This document shows positions 55,124-63,258 of a stretch of DNA of 64,000 bases, piece by piece (positions within the stretch are counted from its first letter, which is position 1; the number at the start of each line of letters is the position of its first letter). The DNA is taken from assembly GCA_041662665.1 (NCBI GenBank), contig JBAZSC010000001.1:129511-193510 (forward strand). Reading direction: 5' to 3'. The position numbers and the translations under genes were made by a program. This DNA comes from Patescibacteria group bacterium (GTDB lineage: Bacteria; Patescibacteriota; JABMPQ01; JAQVVF01). The notes beneath the pieces were generated by a model. It searched no databases and was not told the origin of the DNA. It saw only the letters and a program-made list of their open reading frames with translations.

Positions 55124-57031
55124 ATGAATTCTAAAATAAAAAAAATAATCTATTCCTTCATAATATTCCTGAATATTCTTTTTTTTGCGTCTCCAATTTT
55201 GCCAACTTATGCTGCCGGTTGTCCTGAAGGTAAAGTTGCAGTAATCGGCGATTCGTTGACAGTAGGATATGGCCCAAGGTTAAAGGCCAAATGTCCGAAA
55301 GTTGATGTTTTTGCCAAAAGTGGTGCCGAAACTTCTTTTATTAAAGGCCTTCTTGAACAAAATGTTTTAAATGGGGGATATAACCAGGTTATAATTTTCG
55401 CAGGAGTAAATGATGCAAACAATCTTAAATCTCCAGCAAATATCGAAAAAAATCTTGCTGACATGTACAAAGAAGCCAAAGATAAAAATATTGCAGTTAC
55501 AGCTATTACTATTCCATATTGGACTGAGCTCGCAACAGATAGAAAAGGTCAGCAAAAAAAACAGATTATATCTGAAGTAAATACATGGATTCAACAAAAT
55601 GCGCCAAATACTATAACTGCTCCAACATGGGTTGAAAAGCTGCACAGTGGAACAAATTATACCAATCTGATTGCCAAAATCATGAGTGCATCATTGCCAG
55701 CAACACAGACGACGACTACTCCAACTCCTACTCCAATAGCTCCTACGACTCCAACTACAAATGATGTCAAAGCAACTTGCAAAGGAACTGATTCGCTAGA
55801 TCAAAGTCAAACAAAAGATATAACTTTTTCAACCACAGAAACCGATCAAAGTAAAATCGCCACTGGAGCTTCTGATCAATGCTATAAAGAATGTGATACT
55901 GAAGGATGGACGAATTGCTCAGCTACAGTTAATAGCGTTACTGCTCAAGCACCAACTCAAACTCCAATTCCAGGAAGTGACGGTTCAACTCCAGCTACAG
56001 GTGTTGATACTACAGCTCAAGCTCCAACATTTGAGCCTAATCCATCATCATTAGTTTCTGGCAGTACTGCCTGTGAAATTTGGAAAAATGCTTTTAATTT
56101 AGGAATTTCATTTATCGGTGTCGCTGCATTGGCTGGAGTAATCTGGGGCGGATTCGGATATATCACATCTTATGGTAATCAAGAAAAAATAAAATCTGCC
56201 AAAGAAACAATTTGGGGATCAGTTGGTGGAATGTTTATCGGTCTTTTTGCTTATGTTTTATTTTCTTTAGTAAATCCTTATGTTTTGCAATGTAAAATAG
56301 ATGCGCCGTTTAAATTAAGTATTAGCGGTGCAACTGGGCAAAATCCAAGTGGGACTGGAACACAAGGACAAGGACAAGGACAAGGAGGTACTCTTCTTTC
56401 AGGCAGTGCAAGCGATTTAGGAAAATGCGCCAAGACCTACGATACAAATAATAAGAGCAATCGTTATACACAGATAGTAGAAAATGCTGCAAGGACATAC
56501 AATGTTGATCCATTCTTCCTTGAATCAACACTCGATCATGAAAGTTCATTTGACAATGGTGCTGTAAACAAAAATAGCGGTACTCTTAGTATGGGGCAAT
56601 TTATGCCTGGTACCTTTGATGCAGCTGCCTCAGAATGGTCAAAATCTACTGGCAAAAGCGTTGAGCAATCTTGCCTTAATGAAATTAGCTCAGGACCTGT
56701 TGACCCCAATGCAGGCTACTGTTCAAAAAAGAGAAATCCTAATTGCCCAGCATACATCAGTTATTCTCCAAGATGTAAGCAATGGGTCAAAGATCATTCG
56801 AATGAAATGGTAGAAATCGTTGCTGTTCATCTAAAACAATTATTAAGAAATATCCCAACCGACAATTATGCTTGTGTTGCTGCTGGATATTTTTCTGGAG
56901 CCGGTGGTGGAAGGACTTGGTGCAAAGATCCTAATATGCCTGGGTGGAAAGAAGAAGACAGAGCAGAAGTTAATAAATATGTGAATAAAGCAGCAACCCT
57001 ATATAATAAAGCCTGCCAGAGAGGAAAATAA
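55124..57031 (+). CDS. fusion protein: SGNH/GDSL hydrolase + Thr/Pro linker + TM hairpin + lytic transglycosylase (SLT) domain; VirB1/PrgK-like candidate
   Basis: VAVIGDSLTVGYG (GDSL block I). TTTPTPTPIAPTTPTT linker. Hydrophobic hairpin ISFIGVAALAGVIWGGFGYI / MFIGLFAYVLFSLV. LESTLDHESSFDNGAVNKNSGTLSMGQFMPGTF matches SLT-domain motifs ES.F....S.AGA.GLMQ..P.T. Confidence 0.55.
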   Translation: MNSKIKKIIYSFIIFLNILFFASPILPTYAAGCPEGKVAVIGDSLTVGYGPRLKAKCPKVDVFAKSGAETSFIKGLLEQNVLNGGYNQVIIFAGVNDANNLKSPANIEKNLADMYKEAKDKNIAVTAITIPYWTELATDRKGQQKKQIISEVNTWIQQNAPNTITAPTWVEKLHSGTNYTNLIAKIMSASLPATQTTTTPTPTPIAPTTPTTNDVKATCKGTDSLDQSQTKDITFSTTETDQSKIATGASDQCYKECDTEGWTNCSATVNSVTAQAPTQTPIPGSDGSTPATGVDTTAQAPTFEPNPSSLVSGSTACEIWKNAFNLGISFIGVAALAGVIWGGFGYITSYGNQEKIKSAKETIWGSVGGMFIGLFAYVLFSLVNPYVLQCKIDAPFKLSISGATGQNPSGTGTQGQGQGQGGTLLSGSASDLGKCAKTYDTNNKSNRYTQIVENAARTYNVDPFFLESTLDHESSFDNGAVNKNSGTLSMGQFMPGTFDAAASEWSKSTGKSVEQSCLNEISSGPVDPNAGYCSKKRNPNCPAYISYSPRCKQWVKDHSNEMVEIVAVHLKQLLRNIPTDNYACVAAGYFSGAGGGRTWCKDPNMPGWKEEDRAEVNKYVNKAATLYNKACQRGK

Positions 57032-57043
57032 TTTTTAAAGAAT

Positions 57044-58132
57044 ATGAAAACTCGTTCAAAATTAATTATTGGAAGTTTAATCTTTTTAATCCTAATTATT
57101 GTTGGTGCGCTTTTGGTTCAATATTTTTTTAAGAATAAAAATGAAACACAATTGCAGACTTCCCTAGAATCAGTTACTGCTTTTTCGGCAAATGAAACAA
57201 ATCAAATCAAAACAGAAATTAGCGAAACCATCCAATTTCCGAGTCATATTCTAAGTAACGGAGAGATCTATTCTTATAATTTAGATAATAGCAAATTTTA
57301 TAAGACCAATTTAAGCACAAAAAAAAGTTTAGCTATTATACCTTTTGCCAATACAGATAATATTATTAACGCCCAATGGGATCAAAGTAATGATAAGGTT
57401 CTTGCTATTCAAGATAATTCTTACAAGATATTTAGTTTAAATGATAGCAAAGTATATCCGCTTGATAATAATTTATCCAATCTTTTTTGGCTTGATGGCA
57501 ACAGATTAATTGGAAATTATTATAAACCTGAGGATAGTACAAATAGAATTTTAATTATCAATAGTCAAGGAGAGCTTCAAGAAACTATTTTAGATTTAGA
57601 AACTTCAATTGATGCTTTGCCAGTAAATATAATTGGCGCAAGCAATAATAATGTTTATTATCTTTTGAATGGCTATTTATATGAACTGAATCTATTAACA
57701 AAAGAGAATAATAAAATTATTGAACAGCAAATTACATCTGCCAAAATTTCACCTAGATCTGATAAAATAATATATAGTACTTTCATTGATGAAAAATTTT
57801 CTGATTTTGTTTTTGATTTAAATACAAGAGCGACTGCTCAATTACAAAATATTGATATTGATGCCAGCAATATTCTTTGGAGCAGTGATGAAAGTACTCT
57901 CTATTTAATAAAAAACAGCCTTGAAATAAGTGAAGGCTCCAGTGCATCTAGCTATTATCTTTTAGACAAAATAGAAAAATACAATTTAAATAATCAGCAA
58001 GTAGAATCAACAATAGACATTGCAGGTCAAGGTAAATATGGAGCAGACGATTTTTTCTTATCTAGCGATGAATCAAAAATCTATTTTGTAAATTCAGCCA
58101 ATTCTTTTCTCTACTCAATCAACTTAAAATAA
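57044..58132 (+). CDS. hypothetical N-terminally anchored protein
   Basis: N-terminal TM. Beta-rich body. No recognised motif. Confidence 0.4.
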   Translation: MKTRSKLIIGSLIFLILIIVGALLVQYFFKNKNETQLQTSLESVTAFSANETNQIKTEISETIQFPSHILSNGEIYSYNLDNSKFYKTNLSTKKSLAIIPFANTDNIINAQWDQSNDKVLAIQDNSYKIFSLNDSKVYPLDNNLSNLFWLDGNRLIGNYYKPEDSTNRILIINSQGELQETILDLETSIDALPVNIIGASNNNVYYLLNGYLYELNLLTKENNKIIEQQITSAKISPRSDKIIYSTFIDEKFSDFVFDLNTRATAQLQNIDIDASNILWSSDESTLYLIKNSLEISEGSSASSYYLLDKIEKYNLNNQQVESTIDIAGQGKYGADDFFLSSDESKIYFVNSANSFLYSINLK

Positions 58133-58166
58133 TAAATTCATCTAATAATTAAAGTAATAATCAACT

Positions 58167-58850
58167 ATGGCAAATGAAATGCAAACGCCTCAAGAAGTTA
58201 TAGACGCAGCAGAATCAGAAATTCCGACACAACAGGAGGCAGTAGAAGCGCAAGGAGAATCAAAAACATATGGAGCAGTAGATCTTGATGCCAAGCTCAT
58301 AACATACCAAGACAAGAATGCTCAAGAATATACGAAAGAAGAAGGTTATCGTAGTGAGGATGTCAGCAATTATAGTGAAGGAGATATGATTGGTGCTCTA
58401 CAAGATGGAAGAAAAATGTCCAAAGATGATACTAGATCAGCATTGGCCTCTTTAGATTCCTCTGGCATCAAAAGACTGCAAGAGATGGCTGCCGATAGTA
58501 GAGTAAGAAATCGAGAAAGAAATAAAAACGTAGAACAAGAATATACTAATGCAGGACGATTAGAAAAACTTGCACAGCAAGCTGAGCAACTGACATCTTT
58601 GAGGAGCGAAGAAGGACAGCGAAAATTTATCCAAGAAATTGCTCAATCATTAAATTTTGGCACATATTTAAATCGTAAAACTACAAATAAACTTAACTCA
58701 ACTCTTTCTTTACTTCAAACGCATGATCCTGAAGCAAAAAAGATAATTTTTAATGAAATAAAACCTGCGCTTCAAGATGCAGTTAAAGACAGCAATTTGC
58801 CATCAGACAAAGACACTGTAGATAAGATTATTGCAGAATATCAAGGTTAA
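58167..58850 (+). CDS. hypothetical acidic protein
   Basis: 227 aa. Followed by the terminator GCCTGCcaaaattaaGCAGG + T-run (about 58867-58892). Confidence 0.4.
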   Translation: MANEMQTPQEVIDAAESEIPTQQEAVEAQGESKTYGAVDLDAKLITYQDKNAQEYTKEEGYRSEDVSNYSEGDMIGALQDGRKMSKDDTRSALASLDSSGIKRLQEMAADSRVRNRERNKNVEQEYTNAGRLEKLAQQAEQLTSLRSEEGQRKFIQEIAQSLNFGTYLNRKTTNKLNSTLSLLQTHDPEAKKIIFNEIKPALQDAVKDSNLPSDKDTVDKIIAEYQG

Positions 58851-58940
58851 AATAAAAAATTTAAAAGCCTGCCAAAATTAAGCAGGTTTTTTGTTTGCCA
58901 AAAACAAAGTTTAAAGATAAACTATATTAAGACTCAAGCA

Positions 58941-59160
58941 ACGTCATAAGGTTCGGCCTTTTACTTGAAGAAATAAAATATTTTTTATATAAAGAACTTA
59001 GCTAGCAATATGAGCGTGGATTTTTGATAAGGCCGAACCTTTTACGTCTAGTTCATAGATTTAAAAGGTTCGGCTTTGTACATGTTTCCAAATTAGTTTT
59101 GCTTGCCAAGATAACAAAAAAATATTATCCATCCTTTAAGTAAAAAGCCGAACCTTGTGG
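58941..59160. repeat. two tandem MITE-like units with 13-20-bp GC-rich terminal inverted repeats (core aaggttcggcYtt)
   Basis: Core copies at about 58949-58962 (+), 59029-59042 (-), 59065-59077 (+) and 59145-59156 (-). Each +/- pair is about 80 nt apart. The first pair has extended arms acgtcataaggttcggcctt / aaggccgaaccttttacgt. Confidence 0.5.
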
Positions 59161-59178
59161 AAAAGAAATTAAAAAAAC

Positions 59179-60528
59179 ATGCCCAAATCAACAACAATTT
59201 ATTCCTGCCAAAGTTGCGGCGCTGAATTTGTACGCTGGGCAGGAAAATGCGAAAAATGCGGAGAATGGAATTCTTTGTCTCAAATAACAAAACAGCCAAC
59301 TATCTCAATGGGTAGGTCTTTGAATTTAGCTCAAGCTCTGAAACCACAAATATTTTCTCAAGTTTCAGCTCAAAATTTTAAAAGACTAGAAACAAAAATA
59401 TCTGAATTCGATCGAGTTCTTGGTGGTGGTTTTGTCCCAGGATCCGTTATTCTTATAGGTGGAGATCCAGGCATTGGCAAATCAACTCTTGCTTTACAAA
59501 TTTGTTGTATTTTACAAAGCTTAGGCAAAAAAATATTATACGCATCTGGCGAGGAATCAGCACAACAAGTCAAAATGAGAGCAGAGAGACTATCTCATAA
59601 ATCAGATAATATTCAATTTTTAGGCACTAATAATGTTGATAGCATTCTTCAAACAATTGAACAAATCAAACCAGATCTAACGATCATTGATTCTATCCAG
59701 ACCATGCAAACCGAAAATATTCAAACTGTCATGGGAAGTGTTAGCCAAGTCAAAACTTGTGCTATTATGTTGACTGAAGTTGCCAAAAGGAATAATTTAC
59801 CAGTAATACTTATTGGTCATGTTACAAAAGAGGGTACAGTTGCAGGACCAAAAACATTAGAACATTTAGTTGATACAGTATTATATTTAGAAGGCGATCG
59901 TTATCATTCTCTTCGCGTTTTGCGTTCAATAAAAAATCGTTTTGGATCAACAAATGAATCAGGAATTTTTGAAATGAAAGAATCTGGTTTAGTTGAAGTC
60001 AAAAATCCATCTGGCATATTTTTGGAAGAAAGATTAAAAGGCGCTGAAGGTACTTGTGTTACAGCAACAATTGAGGGTTCGCGTTCATTTTTGATTGAAG
60101 TGCAAGCATTAGTTTCTAAAACAAATCTCGCTTTTCCAAGACGAACAGCATCAGGATTCAGTTTGAATCGTTTGCAGATGTTGATTGCTGCAATATCTAA
60201 CAAAGTAGGTTTAAGATTAGATTCTCAAGATGTTTATGTCAATATCGTTGGCGGTATCAAAACAACAGAACCAGCAGTTGATCTGGCAGTTTGTTTATCA
60301 ATTGTCTCTGCCTTTCAGCGAAGACCAATTGATGCAGAAACAATTGTCTTGGGAGAAGTCGGTCTGACAGGTGAAGTCCGCTCTGTTCCGCAGATTGAAA
60401 AAAGACTTTCTGAAGCTGAAAAATTAGGTTTCAAAAAAATTATAATGCCAAGAAGTGAAGTCAAAACAAGTCTACAAATAATTCGTGTTAATAGTTTGCG
60501 TGATGCAATTACGAAAATACTATTTTAA
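59179..60528 (+). CDS. radA: DNA repair protein RadA/Sms
   Basis: N-terminal zinc ribbon CQSCGAEFVRWAGKCEKCGEW. Walker A GGDPGIGKSTLALQ. C-terminal Lon-protease-like domain. Confidence 0.9.
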   Translation: MPKSTTIYSCQSCGAEFVRWAGKCEKCGEWNSLSQITKQPTISMGRSLNLAQALKPQIFSQVSAQNFKRLETKISEFDRVLGGGFVPGSVILIGGDPGIGKSTLALQICCILQSLGKKILYASGEESAQQVKMRAERLSHKSDNIQFLGTNNVDSILQTIEQIKPDLTIIDSIQTMQTENIQTVMGSVSQVKTCAIMLTEVAKRNNLPVILIGHVTKEGTVAGPKTLEHLVDTVLYLEGDRYHSLRVLRSIKNRFGSTNESGIFEMKESGLVEVKNPSGIFLEERLKGAEGTCVTATIEGSRSFLIEVQALVSKTNLAFPRRTASGFSLNRLQMLIAAISNKVGLRLDSQDVYVNIVGGIKTTEPAVDLAVCLSIVSAFQRRPIDAETIVLGEVGLTGEVRSVPQIEKRLSEAEKLGFKKIIMPRSEVKTSLQIIRVNSLRDAITKILF

Positions 60529-60552
60529 AAAACAAAAAACAAAAAATAAAAA

Positions 60553-60630
60553 TTGTCATCCTGAGCGAAGCGAAGGATCCCATGACTAAACAAAAAAATC
60601 ATGGGATTCTTCGCTGCGGCTCAGAATGAC
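60553..60630. repeat. GC-rich nested hairpin element (copy 2 of 2)
   Basis: gtcatcctgagcgaagcgaaggatcccatgac...gtcatgggattcttcgctgcggctcagaatgac. Same outer and inner stems as 36966-37085. Lies between the convergent radA and 60694 genes. Confidence 0.55.
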
Positions 60631-60640
60631 GATGCAAAAA

Positions 60641-60670
60641 TAAAAAAACTAGCAAATGCTAGTTAAAACG
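60641..60670 (-). terminator. rho-independent terminator for the minus-strand small gene (AACTAGCAaatGCTAGTT + T-run on the minus strand)
   Basis: 8-bp stem with an A-run on the plus strand, which reads as a T-run on the minus strand. Confidence 0.55.
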
Positions 60671-60693
60671 AAAGTGCAAAAAATAAAAATGTG

Positions 60694-60921
60694 CTAGAGG
60701 AGACCTTTCTGATTCAAGATTGCGAGATGATTGTGATCCCATTTCATACGAGGTACCATCTTCATTGCTTCGCGAACACGACTCAGCTCTTCAGGAGTGC
60801 TAGCAGATCTGACATGAGCGAACAACTTTTCACGAAACATGATACCTGGAAAAGAAATTTCACCCTTTACATACGACTGAGTCAAAGCAACAGGATCTTC
60901 ATTCTGAAACTTGAGTGCCAT
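60694..60921 (-). CDS. small hypothetical protein (75 aa) in a GC-rich island
   Basis: Start MALKFQNEDPV lies 9 nt after a GGAGG SD. Has its own terminator. The overlapping plus-strand 112-aa ORF was judged spurious. The track ORF extends upstream to 61005. Confidence 0.4.
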   Translation of the reverse strand: MALKFQNEDPVALTQSYVKGEISFPGIMFREKLFAHVRSASTPEELSRVREAMKMVPRMKWDHNHLAILNQKGLL

Positions 60922-61060
60922 TTCCCTTTTCCTCCGAAGCCCGCCAAAGTTTGTAAAGGCGGGGAAAAGGCCTTCCGCTGTTTCTCGCGGAAAGCCGGAA
61001 ACCATGAGAAAAACAACTTGTTAATATAATATAACAAAATCAATATAAAGCAAGTCCTTT

Positions 61061-63196
61061 TTACTCAAAATGAGTAATTTGGTCAAAATCAGCCATTTTT
61101 TCCCTTAATAGAGGGAATTTTTTTATGTCATTTTTCGCCACAAAATTTTCTGCTTCTGCTTTTGCCAGTTTTAACAAATTTACATCCATTAAAGAAGCCA
61201 TTTTTAAATCAGGCAAACCAGATTGCCTAATTCCATAAACTTCACCAGGACCGCGCAATTCCAGATCTTTTTCTGCTAAAACAAATCCATCATCGCAATC
61301 AACCAAAGCCATTAGTCTATCATAAGATTTTTGTGACATAGAATCAGAAAACAGAAAGCAAAAAGACTGTTTTTCACTTCTGCCAACACGTCCTCTGAAT
61401 TGATGAAGTTGTGACAATCCAAAACGTTCTGCTCCTTCAATCATCATGATTGTTGCATTTGGAAAATCAATTCCAACTTCAATTACAGATGTTGAAACTA
61501 ATATCTTGACTTCATTATTTTTAAATTTTAATAGTGTTTTTTCTTTTTCTTCTTTTTTTAATTTGCCGTGCATCATTGCGATTTCAAATTCCGGAAAAAT
61601 TTCTTTGCTTAATTTTTCATATTCTTCTTCAACTGCTTTCACATCATCCCATTGATTATTTTGAGGACTAAATTCTTTTTCATCATTTTTTTCTTCGCCT
61701 GCCTTAATTCTTGGACAAACAACAAAAACCTGCCTGCCTAATTTTATTTTTTCTCTAATAAATTCATAAGCTTTATCTCGATTATATGGTGCCACTAATT
61801 TAGTTAGAATTTTTTTTCGTCCAAATGGTTTTTCTTTCAAAATGGAAATATCCAAATCACCATAAAGTCCTAATGCTAAAGTTCTTGGAATTGGTGTTGC
61901 TGTCATTGATAACAGATGCGGCGTTTTTTTCGTAGAAACGTTGCAATGCAACGTCGCTACGGCGTTCAATTTTTTTAATTTCGCTCTTTGCTCAACACCA
62001 AAACGATGCTGTTCATCAATTACAGTTAAAGCCAAATTTTTAAATTTTACATCTTCTTGAATAACTGCGTGCGTGCCGATCAAAATGTCAACATCGCCAT
62101 TTTTAATTTTATTCAACAAAATCTTTTTACTGACAGTCTTGTCATTGAATTTACGATCAACGCGAGTCAACAATGCCAGCGTAGCGACAGGGCAGTGCCC
62201 TGTCGCTACGAGTTTTTGTATTGTTTCAAAGTGTTGTTTAGCCAAAATTTCTGTTGGCGCCATTAAAATTGATTGTTTTTTCTGATTCGCAATCAAATAC
62301 ATTGCCATCAATGCGACAACAGTTTTGCCAGATCCAACATCACCTTCCAACAATCTATTCATTGGCTTATTTTTTTCTAAATCTAAGAAAATTTCCCAAG
62401 CTGATATCTTTTGATCTTTTGTTAATTTGAAGGGTAGGGAATCAACAAATTTTTTAATTAAATCTTTATTAAATTTAATTTTAAATGCTTTATTTTCCTG
62501 CCATTTTTTCTTTTTTAATAAATTATTTAATTGTAATAAAAATAATTCATCAAAAGCTAATCTTAACCTTGCTTTTTTCAAAATTTCTAAATTATCTGGA
62601 AAATGAATTTGTTTTAATGCCTCGCCTAAATTTATCAAGCTTAATTTTTCTTTAATTTCTTCTGGCAAAAAGTCATCAAATTTATCCGACAATTTTAGCA
62701 ATGGTCTTAGAATAAATCTTAAATATTTTGAAGACATGCCATTTGTTTCAGAATAAACTGGCAAAATTTTTCCTGACCCATCGTTAAATTTTTCAAAAGC
62801 AGGGGAATTCATTGATACCGAATTATAATTCAATTCAACTTTGCCATTCAATGTTACAAATGTCCCAACGCGAAAATATTTTTCTAAATATGGCTGATTA
62901 AACCAAACAATTTTAAGATCGCCAGATTCATCAGAAATTTTCGCTTCAGTCAAAGTCAGCCATCTTTTTGAAGTCGGCTTGTTTTTTATTGATTTGATCA
63001 TTCCTCTGATTGTCTGTTTCTCATTTATTTTTAAATTTTTGATTAAAGTAATATTGCTAAAATCATCATAGCGAAAAGGAAAATAAAAAAATAGATCAGA
63101 AACAGTTTTCAATTCTAATCTTTCTAAAGCACGTTTATGCTTCAGATCAAATTTCCGCAAACTATTCAATTTTGTTGATAATCTAACATTTTTCAT
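61061..63196 (-). CDS. recG: ATP-dependent DNA helicase RecG
   Basis: LLEGDVGSGKTVVALMAMYLIA...MAPTEILAKQH (motif I/Ia), VIDEQHRFGV (motif II), LSMTATPIPRTLAL (motif III). N-terminal wedge domain. Carries two in-frame 10-aa palindromic insertions (see findings). Confidence 0.85.
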   Translation of the reverse strand: MKNVRLSTKLNSLRKFDLKHKRALERLELKTVSDLFFYFPFRYDDFSNITLIKNLKINEKQTIRGMIKSIKNKPTSKRWLTLTEAKISDESGDLKIVWFNQPYLEKYFRVGTFVTLNGKVELNYNSVSMNSPAFEKFNDGSGKILPVYSETNGMSSKYLRFILRPLLKLSDKFDDFLPEEIKEKLSLINLGEALKQIHFPDNLEILKKARLRLAFDELFLLQLNNLLKKKKWQENKAFKIKFNKDLIKKFVDSLPFKLTKDQKISAWEIFLDLEKNKPMNRLLEGDVGSGKTVVALMAMYLIANQKKQSILMAPTEILAKQHFETIQKLVATGHCPVATLALLTRVDRKFNDKTVSKKILLNKIKNGDVDILIGTHAVIQEDVKFKNLALTVIDEQHRFGVEQRAKLKKLNAVATLHCNVSTKKTPHLLSMTATPIPRTLALGLYGDLDISILKEKPFGRKKILTKLVAPYNRDKAYEFIREKIKLGRQVFVVCPRIKAGEEKNDEKEFSPQNNQWDDVKAVEEEYEKLSKEIFPEFEIAMMHGKLKKEEKEKTLLKFKNNEVKILVSTSVIEVGIDFPNATIMMIEGAERFGLSQLHQFRGRVGRSEKQSFCFLFSDSMSQKSYDRLMALVDCDDGFVLAEKDLELRGPGEVYGIRQSGLPDLKMASLMDVNLLKLAKAEAENFVAKNDIKKFPLLREKMADFDQITHFE
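61931..61961. repeat. 31-nt GC-rich palindrome inside recG (cgtagaaacgttgca-a-tgcaacgtcgctacg)
   Basis: Imperfect inverted repeat with GTAG...CTAC termini. On the minus strand it encodes VATLHCNVST in frame. Confidence 0.6.
62180..62210. repeat. 31-nt GC-rich perfect palindrome inside recG (cgtagcgacagggca-g-tgccctgtcgctacg)
   Basis: 15-bp perfect arms with GTAG...CTAC termini. On the minus strand it encodes VATGHCPVAT in frame. Confidence 0.65.
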
Positions 63197-63258
63197 CTTA
63201 TCTTATTATCTCTAGAAAATAAAAAAAGAGCAATATCATGCTCTAAAAGATCAATAAA

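Noticed and set aside
58941-59160. The AAGGTTCGGCC repeats considered as tRNA fragments (GGTTCG resembles a T-arm)
   Set aside because: There are four copies in alternating orientation with A/T-rich fillers, and no tRNA secondary structure can be drawn. They are better explained as TIRs or operator boxes.
60691-61029. 112-aa plus-strand ORF in the GC-rich island
   Set aside because: Its translation is compositionally odd (many Cys/His/Phe), it has no SD, and it is antisense to a minus-strand ORF that has a GGAGG SD and its own terminator.
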